Shown here in pieces: positions 6,305 through 15,753 of a stretch of DNA of 30,934 nucleotides. How positions within the stretch are numbered: the first letter of the stretch is position 1; every line of letters starts with the position of its first letter. The notes under the pieces are model-generated. The model did not search any database. It was not told where the DNA came from and saw only the letters and a list, made by a program, of their open reading frames with translations. The translations under genes and the position numbers were made by a program. This stretch comes from a virus (lineage: Duplodnaviria > Caudoviricetes): positions 1 through 30,934 of IMG/VR virus record IMGVR_UViG_3300011339_000292; one strand, 5' to 3'.

Positions 6305-8681
6305 TCGGTCTCCTTGTGTCGTCGCGGCCAACGCCACCAATGACGATGCGGGGCGCGAGCGCATTCGTAGCAGCGCGAGTTGCAACTGTAGCCGCAGCCG
6401 GCGTCCAGTTGGTTGAATCGGTGATTGCTTTCAAGGCCGTTGACCGTTCTTTGACTGGCAACTGGTTCAACATCTCAAGCGCGGTTTTGCCCGATGCCAT
6501 ACCTTCACGCAACACGGTCATCGTTTTGGCGTTGAGCCGTTTTTCTAAGATGTCCAACGTCATGTTGGCTGCGTGTATGGTGCGACTCATCAGGCTAGGG
6601 AATTTTCCCATAAACATGTTGTCGTCAACAATACGCGAAAGTTCTTGCGCGCCGCCTTCGGCGGCTTTCTTCATTGCAGCATCGCGCTCAATTTCGCTGG
6701 CGACCTTTTCCAACGTGGGCATTTTGTTGCCCATTTCTTTGAAGATGTTGTAGTTGCCAGGGCCAAAAATAGCTTCGACAGCCGCCGGGTTGTCCCCGCG
6801 AACTAGCTTAACGTACTCTTCAGGCGAACTTTTGAACAAACGCACAGCTTCTGCGGCCATCTTGCGTTGCTCAATGTTTTGCATTCCTGTCGCATACGTT
6901 TTAAGGTAATTTTTCCACTCTGGCCCGCCGCCCGCTTTTTCAATTGCGTCGTCAATCAGCGGTTTCACCCTAGCCAAGATGCTTGCAGTGAGCTTGCTGC
7001 TGGTCTTAGGATCAGTCGGCCCTAGCAGTTGCGCAATGCGTTCGTTCAAGCCTTCTTTGCGCAAAGTGTACAAATCATGGGCGTCGATAATGCCGCCGTT
7101 TTTGGCCGTAAGTGCTGCGATGTCGTTTTTGATGTTCTCAAGTACGCTCACCACTGTCGGGCTGGCGCGAGTGCCTGGCGCGTTTATGGTGGCGTCCAAC
7201 GAAGCGGTTATGGCGCCAGCATTTAATGGGCTTAAACCGTTGTCTGCAAGACTGCCAATCTGACGCTCAAGGAACCCCGCTTCTGCGCGGCGCTGCGCAG
7301 CAACGTCGGCAAACGCCGCTGAAGTGTCGCTCCATTGCCGAGATGCGCCCATCTGAGTACGAGCGGCCTGCCTTGCGCTGATGCTTGGAATGCCGCCTTC
7401 AGCGTCAGCAACGCGGGCCAACTGCTCACGCGCCGCAACTTGTCGTTGCGCCGCTTCAGTAGCTGCGTGGGTAGTAGACACCCCAACGCCAGCCTCGCCC
7501 ATAGGCATACCTTCGCGCAATGCGGACACATACGAGGCACGTTTCTGTTCCAACCGAGGCATTAACTTGTTGATGGTTTCGCCTGCTTGGTTGGCCGCGC
7601 CGAGCGCAGTTGTCCGCATGGATTCGGTAAGCCCGTTGAGCGTGCGAACTGCTTCGTCTTGCGCCGCGCGCGCTTCGGTAGCGTTGCCGCCTTCAGCAGC
7701 ACGTTGCAATACAGCTAATTTATCATCTGCTTGCCGTTTTAGAAGCATTACGTTTTCGTCTGTATTGCCAGCCAACGCGCCCAACGATTGCCAGGCTTGC
7801 CGGTCAACACCGGCAGCGGCTTGCGCTGCGTTGACATCTTCTGGTGCCGCAGCCAGCGCAGCGCGAATTGCTTTGATGTTGTTGCCTGCTGCGCCCGTAG
7901 CAATGCGACCGGCTTTTATCTTTGCTAGGTTTCCTGCCAGCGCGTCTGTGATGAAACCGGCGCCGGAGACTAGGGCTTTGGCTACAGGTGGCAATACGAG
8001 TGGCACCGCTGCGCCCACAATTGCGCCTGTGGTCGTATCGGCAGGGCTGGTAAGCGCAGTTCCTGCGGCACCTACAGCACCCCCGGCCAATGCGCGAGTG
8101 CCGATGTCTGCTGCGCGTTGCCCAATGGTGACGGGCGCAAGCCCCGACGCAGCGCGGGCCAATGCGTTTGTTTCAAGCCCTGTGCTGATACCACCCGTGC
8201 GAAGCGCGTTCACAAGCGCGCCAGCGCCGCCTGGAATGTATGAAGCTAGTTTTCCTAACGCGCCGCCAATGGGAAGCGTAGGCGCAACTTCGCCGATAAA
8301 CTGCCCAGCACCGGCTTGCGTTGGGTACGCTTGTTTGTAGGGGGCCATTTCAGCCGTTTGCGCAGCTTGGCCAGCAGCGGCGTTCTCTTGCAGCCACTTG
8401 CCCGCTTGATCCAGCCCTATCTTTTGCGCCCCTTTGCCCAACAGTTCTTGGATGTTGAGCGCGACATTGCCAACGCCTCGGCCAAGGCCCGCAGCCAACG
8501 CTACATGCCCCGGCGAAATCAGAGATGCAATTGGCTTTTCTTCGCCCATTGCGGTGCCGCGAGTAGGCGCTCTATCAAAATGCGCTTCCATCAAAGATTG
8601 CGCTTGTTCAGGCGAGGTGCCTTCAGGCACTTCAAACCGCGCTATGCGCCCATCGGGCATTTGGAAGCGTGCAATAGGCAT
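6282..8681 (-). CDS. internal virion / DNA ejection protein
   Basis: 799 aa, Ala/Gly-rich and helical; last large gene after tail genes, in the P22 gp16 position. Confidence 0.7.
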   Translation of the reverse strand: MPIARFQMPDGRIARFEVPEGTSPEQAQSLMEAHFDRAPTRGTAMGEEKPIASLISPGHVALAAGLGRGVGNVALNIQELLGKGAQKIGLDQAGKWLQENAAAGQAAQTAEMAPYKQAYPTQAGAGQFIGEVAPTLPIGGALGKLASYIPGGAGALVNALRTGGISTGLETNALARAASGLAPVTIGQRAADIGTRALAGGAVGAAGTALTSPADTTTGAIVGAAVPLVLPPVAKALVSGAGFITDALAGNLAKIKAGRIATGAAGNNIKAIRAALAAAPEDVNAAQAAAGVDRQAWQSLGALAGNTDENVMLLKRQADDKLAVLQRAAEGGNATEARAAQDEAVRTLNGLTESMRTTALGAANQAGETINKLMPRLEQKRASYVSALREGMPMGEAGVGVSTTHAATEAAQRQVAAREQLARVADAEGGIPSISARQAARTQMGASRQWSDTSAAFADVAAQRRAEAGFLERQIGSLADNGLSPLNAGAITASLDATINAPGTRASPTVVSVLENIKNDIAALTAKNGGIIDAHDLYTLRKEGLNERIAQLLGPTDPKTSSKLTASILARVKPLIDDAIEKAGGGPEWKNYLKTYATGMQNIEQRKMAAEAVRLFKSSPEEYVKLVRGDNPAAVEAIFGPGNYNIFKEMGNKMPTLEKVASEIERDAAMKKAAEGGAQELSRIVDDNMFMGKFPSLMSRTIHAANMTLDILEKRLNAKTMTVLREGMASGKTALEMLNQLPVKERSTALKAITDSTNWTPAAATVATRAATNALAPRIVIGGVGRDDTRRPNALAPAR

Positions 8682-10363
8682 TATGGTTTACCCGGTTCAA
8701 AACCAAGGAATTTGACGCCTACGGATGCAGCAGCAGCGGCGGGTGCAGCACTTGCCGGCGCTGCAACACCCAACGCCGCCCTTGTGGCGGGCGTGAGGAA
8801 TCTATCGCGAAAATCTTTCTTGCCTGTAGACGCGGTGTATTGTTGTTCAAGCCCGTTCAACTGCCCACCCATAAGCTGCTTGTACCTGTCTATCACTTGT
8901 TTCAATTGTGCAGGACTGTTAGCTGAATTGAGGGCAGAGTCAACCGCTGTACGAACACCCAACGCGCCTGCGCTTCCAAGAACCGCTTTGGTAAGCTCAT
9001 CCGCAACGATCCGTTTGACTGCCGCAAAGTCAGTGGGCGCGGGGTGCCCGGTCTGTAGCGCGATGAAGTTGCCCGCTTGGTTGAACAAGCGCGTATCTCG
9101 GTTTTCCAGTGCATCGGATACTTGTTGAAGTGTCCCGAGGTGGTCAACAGCTACATTGAGCGCCCGCGTTGTGTCGCCTTTCTTACGACTTGTGAATTCT
9201 TTTTCAGCCGCGCTCATCACCCCGTATTGTTTTGCATCGTACCCCGGATACGCAGTGTTGACTAAATCCATCAACTGACGCCCTGCCGGTGTGGTCAAAG
9301 ACCGCGCAGCAGGCGATGACTCGCGCCCTTCGCCGATGGCGCGTACTTGAGCCGCTACTTGCTTGGGTAAATGCGTCAAGAAATCTTCGCCTGTCAAGCC
9401 GGCTTTCATTGCCGCCGCAGGATTCTGAAGCACTGGCGCGCCGCTTGGCTGCTTCTCGGTTGGACTTGGAATGCCGCCTGGCGCCGCGCCGGGAATTGGA
9501 AACGCCGCTTGAACCCCGCTGATGTTATATGGATCGGCCGCAATAGCGCGTATGCCAAGTCCTGCGCGATTGACGTTAAGGTTGCCCCGCGACACGTCCA
9601 ATTGACCTTGCGCAATTTCGTTGGCGGCTTTTTGCCCCGCTGTCATGCTTACGTTTGCAAGACTTGTACCTATGGGGTTAAAAATTGGGTTCATGTTGAC
9701 AATGTTGCCTCCTGCCACCACGGGTTTTGCCATGTGCGCTTCAAGTGCTTTGCGGGAGTTATCGTTGCTAGTTGCCAACCCCAAAATGTACTGAGGCAAT
9801 CTCTCGGCTTGCATGGGGATAGAAGCAAGGTCTTTTTGCGAAATGATGCCTTGATTTAAAAGTTGTTGCGCCACGCCGTAAACGTCATCGTGCGTTATCT
9901 GCTTGCCCGCTTGCGCCGCTGCGGCTAATGGCGCCAGCCCGCCCGCCAAAGCGTCATGCCTATCTTTGGCCGCTTTGAGGTCTTGCGCGGTTATCTCGCC
10001 CTTTGTTTTTGCTAAGGTAGCTTCTGACGCCGCCCGGTCCATTATTGACTTGAGCATGGCTTGACCCGGCGAACCAAACCGCATCAGTTCTTGCAAATGT
10101 GCAGGGTTATTTGGGTTGAAGTCAGGCGAACTGACCCGCGCATTCAGAGCTTCTTGTTGCGCATCCGATCGCTTGGCCGTAGACAAGGTGTACTTCGACA
10201 ACTCGTTCTGCGACATTGCGTGCTGCAACTGTTGCTCGCCTAAAGCGCGTTGCTGAACCCGCGCCGCTAGCTCGTTGCGTCGGTCCTCGGCTTCGTTGTA
10301 GCCAGTCGCAAAGCTAGCGCCCAGCTTAGGGTCGAGAATGCCAAAGTTGATTTCGCCGGCCAT
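8681..10363 (-). CDS. internal virion / DNA ejection protein
   Basis: 560 aa, Ala/Gln-rich and helical; P22 gp20 position. Confidence 0.7.
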   Translation of the reverse strand: MAGEINFGILDPKLGASFATGYNEAEDRRNELAARVQQRALGEQQLQHAMSQNELSKYTLSTAKRSDAQQEALNARVSSPDFNPNNPAHLQELMRFGSPGQAMLKSIMDRAASEATLAKTKGEITAQDLKAAKDRHDALAGGLAPLAAAAQAGKQITHDDVYGVAQQLLNQGIISQKDLASIPMQAERLPQYILGLATSNDNSRKALEAHMAKPVVAGGNIVNMNPIFNPIGTSLANVSMTAGQKAANEIAQGQLDVSRGNLNVNRAGLGIRAIAADPYNISGVQAAFPIPGAAPGGIPSPTEKQPSGAPVLQNPAAAMKAGLTGEDFLTHLPKQVAAQVRAIGEGRESSPAARSLTTPAGRQLMDLVNTAYPGYDAKQYGVMSAAEKEFTSRKKGDTTRALNVAVDHLGTLQQVSDALENRDTRLFNQAGNFIALQTGHPAPTDFAAVKRIVADELTKAVLGSAGALGVRTAVDSALNSANSPAQLKQVIDRYKQLMGGQLNGLEQQYTASTGKKDFRDRFLTPATRAALGVAAPASAAPAAAAASVGVKFLGFEPGKP

Positions 10364-10372
10364 GATTGATCC

Positions 10373-11134
10373 TTAGAAGTACATTCCTTCGGCAGGCGCT
10401 CCACCATACATACCTGCTTGGCTTCCCCCGCCGCTAAACAAGTTGTTGATTTTGTCTCCATACATGCTTTGCGCTTGGTTGAGACCTCTACCAAGGGTGT
10501 TGAATTGCTGCGCTCCAATGTTGCCCTGCATCAGCGCAGCATTCGCCTGGTTCGCGCCGCCGGTCATCATCAAGTTGGCGGCGTTGGTGCCGTACTGACC
10601 TTGTGCGCCGGCCTGCCCAGACGCCGCCGATTGACCAGATGTCATCAAACTACCCAACGGCGCCAGTTGGTTTTGCCGGTTGGTTTGGTAGCGATTGAAG
10701 GCGTTGCCGTACTCTTGCGAGGCCAGACCTTGCCGGTAGTCTTCCATGCCTTTCATGGTCTGACCGGAGATCAGTCCACCTCTGGCGCCAGCGGCATGGC
10801 CCATTGCTTTGAGGCCTTCGCCTAGCCTAAAGCGGTAGCTGGGGTCTTGCTGGAAATCCTGCATACCGAAGTCGCGAGCATATCGACCGTACCCCGCTGC
10901 GCCAGTGTTGCCGCCTAGCCCAAGCAGTTCCATCAGCCGGTTCTGACCAGTCAAACCAGCCTGGCGGTAAGGTTCTTGGAGAGCAATTTGCTGATCGCGG
11001 GCTTCTTTCTGCGCCGCAAGCGAATCCGCTTGTGATTGTGCGGCAAGTCGAGCAGCGTAGCTCGTTGCGCCGGCCTGTTTGCTTGCTGGGCCAAAACCGA
11101 GTAGGTCGGCGCCTGCGTTGACTATGTCACCCAT
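10373..11134 (-). CDS. DNA transfer protein, P22 gp7-like
   Basis: PYRQAG and FQQDPSYRFRLGEG...GGLISG.T motifs; Gly/Ala/Gln-rich. Confidence 0.78.
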   Translation of the reverse strand: MGDIVNAGADLLGFGPASKQAGATSYAARLAAQSQADSLAAQKEARDQQIALQEPYRQAGLTGQNRLMELLGLGGNTGAAGYGRYARDFGMQDFQQDPSYRFRLGEGLKAMGHAAGARGGLISGQTMKGMEDYRQGLASQEYGNAFNRYQTNRQNQLAPLGSLMTSGQSAASGQAGAQGQYGTNAANLMMTGGANQANAALMQGNIGAQQFNTLGRGLNQAQSMYGDKINNLFSGGGSQAGMYGGAPAEGMYF

Positions 11135-11504
11135 GACTGTTCTCCAATCGGATCATGCCGTTGTTGCGGCTGATTTCCGTAAAGCCAAAAAACTTTGCCA
11201 GCCGCAGCGACTTGACGTTGTCGTCATAAATCTTGACAACTATCGTACCATGCGCAGCGGCCATATCGCGCAGGTATTTTGTGATCTCACCGCGTATGTT
11301 CCAACGCCCCCGCCGCTCCGGCACAACGAACAAATCAAACTCATTGCCCGATGCGATGAATGCCCCGCCATCGAAAGGCGTCACTACCATCCGCGTCTCA
11401 AGAAGCAATCGAAGCTCCTCTGGCGCGTCAATACCGCGATGCTCTAACAAGTAGTCTTTGACCACTTGCCAGACATCATCAGCTAACTTCCCGCCCTGAG
11501 ACAC
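11127..11504 (-). CDS. GNAT-fold protein (P22 gp14 position)
   Basis: V.PERRGRW and NVKSLRLAKFFGF resemble GNAT motifs A and B. Confidence 0.65.
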   Translation of the reverse strand: MSQGGKLADDVWQVVKDYLLEHRGIDAPEELRLLLETRMVVTPFDGGAFIASGNEFDLFVVPERRGRWNIRGEITKYLRDMAAAHGTIVVKIYDDNVKSLRLAKFFGFTEISRNNGMIRLENSHG

Positions 11505-11814
11505 GAATGTTCAGGTAGTTGGCGATACTGGCGATAGTGCTGATGTAGCCACTGGGCGCCAGCACTTGCCCGACAAGCTCCGGGAAAGTGTAGACCTCAC
11601 TCGGTTGCAGCGCCTTGGTCTTGACAATCAAGTTGGCATTGCCAGGCGTATCGCCGCCAGTCACCAGGTTGATCGAGATCGTCGCCACGCCACCGTCAAA
11701 GTTTGTGACTGTGAACTTGTCGATGATCGTGGTGACGTTCGTCGCGGTGTACTGCGTTGTCTGAGCCGTCGCAACGATGGCCGCAGGGACTAGGACTTTC
11801 GCTGTGACGGTCAT
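11479..11814 (-). CDS. small beta-rich virion protein
   Basis: Thr/Val-rich, within the tail cluster. Confidence 0.7.
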   Translation of the reverse strand: MTVTAKVLVPAAIVATAQTTQYTATNVTTIIDKFTVTNFDGGVATISINLVTGGDTPGNANLIVKTKALQPSEVYTFPELVGQVLAPSGYISTIASIANYLNIRVSGREVS

Positions 11815-11817
11815 GGA

Positions 11818-12855
11818 TTACACCGAGGTGATGGTGCGCCAAGCGGTGCCGTCATAGACGCACAACTTTAATGCTGTGGAGTCAAACACCACAAGACCAG
11901 CAACAGGGCCGACGATGTTGGTTTTTTCTGTGCCAGTCATCACCGGGAACTTGAAGCCCTTTGTTGTTGAGGTGACATCCACAATGGCGCTAGACGCCGG
12001 GGTGCCAGTGCCAATGCCCATCAGACCGGCGCTAGTGACGCGAATTCGCTCAGTACCAACAGTAGTTCCCGTGGTGATTGAAAACGCGGTGGGAACTACA
12101 CCGGCAGAAACCGCGCCATCAACAAAACCAGTAAAAGCAGCGCGGGTTTGATTGGCAGTTCCGTCAGAGCCCAGGAAAGTTACTGACCCAAGAATGTCGC
12201 CGCTTTGAACCGCGTCAAAAGATGTAGCCGTTGTTCCACGAGTTTTTGCAAGATAGAGGTTGGGGCCGGCGGTCGTATTTGAATATCCGCGTTGCACCAC
12301 GCTGGGCGCTGCTGTGGTGGCATCGCCATAAACCTGAACGCCAAATGCACCCGCCGAAGTGTTCGGCCCGCCAACAAGCAGCTTACTCTGAATCGACACT
12401 TCACCAGAGCTACCAACCCGCATACGTTCGGTTGCGGCAGTAGAACCAGTGGTGATGGAGATGGCGGTGGCCAAAGTTGCAGGCGAATTGGAGACTGTGC
12501 CATCAACAAATCCGGTGATGGCAGCAAACGCCGCCATGCCGCTGCCGGTTGAACCGTAGAACGTCACAGCGCCAAGCGTGTCGTACAGATTCACGGGGAC
12601 GGACGTATCGGTGGCCGTGCTGCCGCGAGTCTTGTACAAGCCAAGAGCAGCGCCGTTACTGTCTGTTGAGTAACGCCACGACATAAGGTCGGCCGTGCTG
12701 CCATTGGCGCCGGCTGGACCGTAGGCTTGCAAACCTTTGGTGTACCCGCTGGTGGTAGGGCCACCAATAAGAACCTGAGTGCTAGCGTTCACTTGCGGCA
12801 CATTGGCCGTGGTCAAACCGGTGATGCTGCCCGCGCCATTGATAGTTACAGTCAT
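11818..12855 (-). CDS. tail fibre-like protein with internal duplication
   Basis: AAGGA RBS; two ERxRV beta-repeat units; GIGTGTP and STTKGF..P.MT...GLVVFDS C-terminal module. Confidence 0.75.
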   Translation of the reverse strand: MTVTINGAGSITGLTTANVPQVNASTQVLIGGPTTSGYTKGLQAYGPAGANGSTADLMSWRYSTDSNGAALGLYKTRGSTATDTSVPVNLYDTLGAVTFYGSTGSGMAAFAAITGFVDGTVSNSPATLATAISITTGSTAATERMRVGSSGEVSIQSKLLVGGPNTSAGAFGVQVYGDATTAAPSVVQRGYSNTTAGPNLYLAKTRGTTATSFDAVQSGDILGSVTFLGSDGTANQTRAAFTGFVDGAVSAGVVPTAFSITTGTTVGTERIRVTSAGLMGIGTGTPASSAIVDVTSTTKGFKFPVMTGTEKTNIVGPVAGLVVFDSTALKLCVYDGTAWRTITSV

Positions 12856-12864
12856 GATTTTTCC

Positions 12865-13146
12865 TTAAACAACAGAGTAAGAGAAGCCAGTGGGGATAGT
12901 AATGGTTACGCCGGAATTGATTGTGATAGGCCCGGCGCTCATTGCGTTGTAGTCGGTGCTGATAGTGTAGTCAGTGGAGACTACAGCCAAGTTCTCGTAC
13001 AAGTACAAGTTAGGCTCAACGTAGTTGAATAACTGCGACACCGTAGCTTGCGAAGTGACGCCTCCCTGAACTACAGCAAGAAGCTCGGCGCCCGTCAGCG
13101 GCGTGATCGCTACAACGGGCAGATTTGAAATTTTAACGCCAGACAT
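12865..13146 (-). CDS. small tail-fibre adaptor-like protein
   Basis: AAGGA RBS; VKISNLP...LTGAE..VQGGVT N-terminus; NAMSAGPITINSGVTITIP C-terminus. Confidence 0.7.
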   Translation of the reverse strand: MSGVKISNLPVVAITPLTGAELLAVVQGGVTSQATVSQLFNYVEPNLYLYENLAVVSTDYTISTDYNAMSAGPITINSGVTITIPTGFSYSVV

Positions 13147-13158
13147 GATTGGTCCTTT

Positions 13159-14997
13159 TTAGACTTGCCACCAGTTGCCGCCGGTGTTGGATAAACAGAA
13201 GCGCACCACCTGCCCTGCTGCCAGTGCTAGGTTGACGCCGCCTGTCAGTTTGAACGTGTTGGCACCTGACGCTGAATGGTTGATCGTCAGGTTGGCGTTG
13301 CCGGCCTCGATGAGCAGATCGCCGTTGCGGCCGTAGTCCGACACTGCGTTTGTTGTGGTGTCGAATGTTGCGGTTGTAAGCGTAGTTCCTGGGGCGGCGG
13401 TCACAACTACTTTAGTGTACCCAGTAACGACAATAGTTGTACCAACGCCTGACGGCGTCAATGCCGTTGCCGGCTCGGCATACCGCACCATTTGCAGGCT
13501 AGTGCGCCGGGGTGAGATGGCGCTGAAGTAGTGGGCGTTGTTGCCGTAAATATCTCCAGCTACCCATTGCCGCAAGATTGGATAGACCGTGGCGCCTTGC
13601 TTGAATGAGGTGATGCCGCCAGTGTAGAACTGGTCGTTGGTGTCAAAGAAAGTGGCCTGGCCGGTCGAGTACAGACTTGCCAGCGATGGCGTGCCGCCGC
13701 CAAGGAACAACGATCCTATGCCAAGTCGTACCGGCTCAGTGCCGCCGTTGGACCCAGCCCAACAATTGATGATGGCAGAGTAATTGGTCGCTAGGTCGAA
13801 CCGATCAATTTTCCCGCCTATGAACGTGAAGGCGCGATAGACGTTGACAACGCGAACGGCTTCGCCGCCAGTGGTCAGACTGCCCCAACGTTCAAGATTG
13901 CAGTTCAACAGCGTGATGTCGGGATAATCGTTGTCGGCAAAGTCGTTCTGAAACCCGTCAAGGTTTGTCGGGTTGCTGCCAAAAACGCCCCAATAATCGC
14001 CTTCGTTCAGCCCATTGCAAGCGTTCAGCAAGATGGAGCCGCGAAGCCTGTAGCCTGCCTTGCCTGGCCCGCATTCCAGCGCGTAGCAGCCAATCCAGTT
14101 TACGCCAGGCCCGCAAGCAACGCGGAACGAGTGACCCGTCCGACTGAGCGACGACACGTTGATCATCGACATCGAAAAGAAATGCGGCGCGTAGAACCCG
14201 TCATCGCCCGATTCAAGGTAGAGGTTCTTCAACTCGCCCAAGTAGACTTGGCCCGTGATGCTGCCAAAGTCAATGCCTTTGCCGGTGCCGGTATTGACCA
14301 CGCCAAAGTCATGGAAGAAGGGCCGCAAGTACTGCATCGCCGCAGTTTTAATAACTGGCGTAGCAATACCGTCAGCGTAAATCTGCGATTCCCACGGTCC
14401 ATCACCATAGATTGTCAGGAACTCTTTGCTGACGCTCAACGACGCGGTGATGCGGTAGCGACCGCCGGGGATGTACAACGCTTTTCCACCGTACTGCGCA
14501 GTGTTCTGGCAGTACGCAATAGCGTTCTGGATGGCGACCGTGTCGTCCGTAGTGCCGTCACCGACAGCGCCAAAGTCTTTGACGCTGACCGTATCGCGCA
14601 GCTTGGACTGCACCGTGCGGCCAGACCCAGACACCGGGACGTAACCGACCAACGAGGAGCCTTGCGCGCTGTTGGTGGTGCTGGCAAGACTAACCTCAAA
14701 CGCAGCCAGCGCAACAACGGCGTCTTGCGTGGTGATGTTGTCGACAGTCCAAATTTCTACGTCGGTAGAGTCAGTTAGCGTAAGTTTGTACGATGCGCTG
14801 CCCAACCACACCGACGCTTCCCCCCGGCTATCGAGGATGACCGGGTTGGGATTTAATTGAGTGCTTGATGCGGTGGTGTAGGTTGGCAGCGGCGCAGTGG
14901 TGCCCGCAGCGTAAGAGTAGAGCTTTCCACCCACCAAAGGAACGCCGCCTTCAGTGAAGAACTGCAACTTTGGAACGGGGGAGAGAATTGCGCTCAT
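13159..14997 (-). CDS. tailspike / depolymerase with pectate-lyase-3-like beta-helix
   Basis: N-terminal particle-binding domain (NPNPVILDSRGEA); RTVQSKLRDTVSVKDFGAVGDGTTDDT..IQ.AI...LYIPGGRY. Confidence 0.88.
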   Translation of the reverse strand: MSAILSPVPKLQFFTEGGVPLVGGKLYSYAAGTTAPLPTYTTASSTQLNPNPVILDSRGEASVWLGSASYKLTLTDSTDVEIWTVDNITTQDAVVALAAFEVSLASTTNSAQGSSLVGYVPVSGSGRTVQSKLRDTVSVKDFGAVGDGTTDDTVAIQNAIAYCQNTAQYGGKALYIPGGRYRITASLSVSKEFLTIYGDGPWESQIYADGIATPVIKTAAMQYLRPFFHDFGVVNTGTGKGIDFGSITGQVYLGELKNLYLESGDDGFYAPHFFSMSMINVSSLSRTGHSFRVACGPGVNWIGCYALECGPGKAGYRLRGSILLNACNGLNEGDYWGVFGSNPTNLDGFQNDFADNDYPDITLLNCNLERWGSLTTGGEAVRVVNVYRAFTFIGGKIDRFDLATNYSAIINCWAGSNGGTEPVRLGIGSLFLGGGTPSLASLYSTGQATFFDTNDQFYTGGITSFKQGATVYPILRQWVAGDIYGNNAHYFSAISPRRTSLQMVRYAEPATALTPSGVGTTIVVTGYTKVVVTAAPGTTLTTATFDTTTNAVSDYGRNGDLLIEAGNANLTINHSASGANTFKLTGGVNLALAAGQVVRFCLSNTGGNWWQV

Positions 14998-15000
14998 GGG

Positions 15001-15753
15001 CTAGCCTGCGGTGATGTTGACTTTGAACGCGGTCAGGACCGCAGAGTAGGTGCTTGGCACTGCCGGGGGGCCAACAATCGCCGGGTACGCGGCCAATGTT
15101 GTAGTAGCCGTTACAGGCAGCCAAACAAGTTCGACATACTGACCGGACGATAAAGTCAGGAAGAAATTCCAGCCGGCAATAATATGCCCGTTTGCGCCCG
15201 CGTGCTTGCCGGGCACAAAAATAAGACCGTTAGACCCAATTACGTTAACACCGCCAATGCGCAGCCACAAATTTATGTCGTCAGGCGTTGCAATAGTGTT
15301 TTCCACTTGAACGCTAAACTGAAAGTTGTAGACGCCTTGTTGCGTGACATAAATTTGCGATGTTGTTGCGCCGATGTAGACGCCGCTGCTTACGTCGGTG
15401 CTGTTGAATTTTACCGGAGTTGGTACGGTAATGGAGCCGACTTGGTTGGTTGTGTCGTAAAACGAACCGTAAGGCGTAGGCGCAATGTTTTGCACTTGAG
15501 GTGACAAAGCCAGCGCGTTCACATCCGACTGAGTCTGCGCCAGCGCGGCGGTGACCGTAGCCAATTGGTCAGGTGCAATGCTTGGCAATGTTGGCGGGCC
15601 AACCTGCAAGTCGAGCAACGTGGTGGTGTCAGACCCGCTACCTGTCAGCGTAAACAAATTTAGGAAGAACCGATACCATTCCCTCGACATGAGGTTTGTA
15701 CGCTCATCGATGAAGGGCACCCGAGGCGCCGGAATCTGGGTGATGTTAAGCAT
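15001..15753 (-). CDS. tail needle/knob-like protein with C1q/BclA-like domain
   Basis: SREWYRFF N-terminus; YGSFYD and GVYNFQFS.Q jelly-roll pattern; follows the gp10-like gene. Confidence 0.65.
   Translation of the reverse strand: MLNITQIPAPRVPFIDERTNLMSREWYRFFLNLFTLTGSGSDTTTLLDLQVGPPTLPSIAPDQLATVTAALAQTQSDVNALALSPQVQNIAPTPYGSFYDTTNQVGSITVPTPVKFNSTDVSSGVYIGATTSQIYVTQQGVYNFQFSVQVENTIATPDDINLWLRIGGVNVIGSNGLIFVPGKHAGANGHIIAGWNFFLTLSSGQYVELVWLPVTATTTLAAYPAIVGPPAVPSTYSAVLTAFKVNITAG

Noticed and set aside
7381-9128. Long + strand ORFs (319 and 270 aa)
   Set aside because: Antisense shadows of Ala-rich ejection genes; the same applies to + strand ORFs over the capsid, portal and terL genes
11818-14997. 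Diversity-generating retroelement target in the fibre genes
   Set aside because: No reverse transcriptase and no near-identical TR/VR pair differing at adenines in this window
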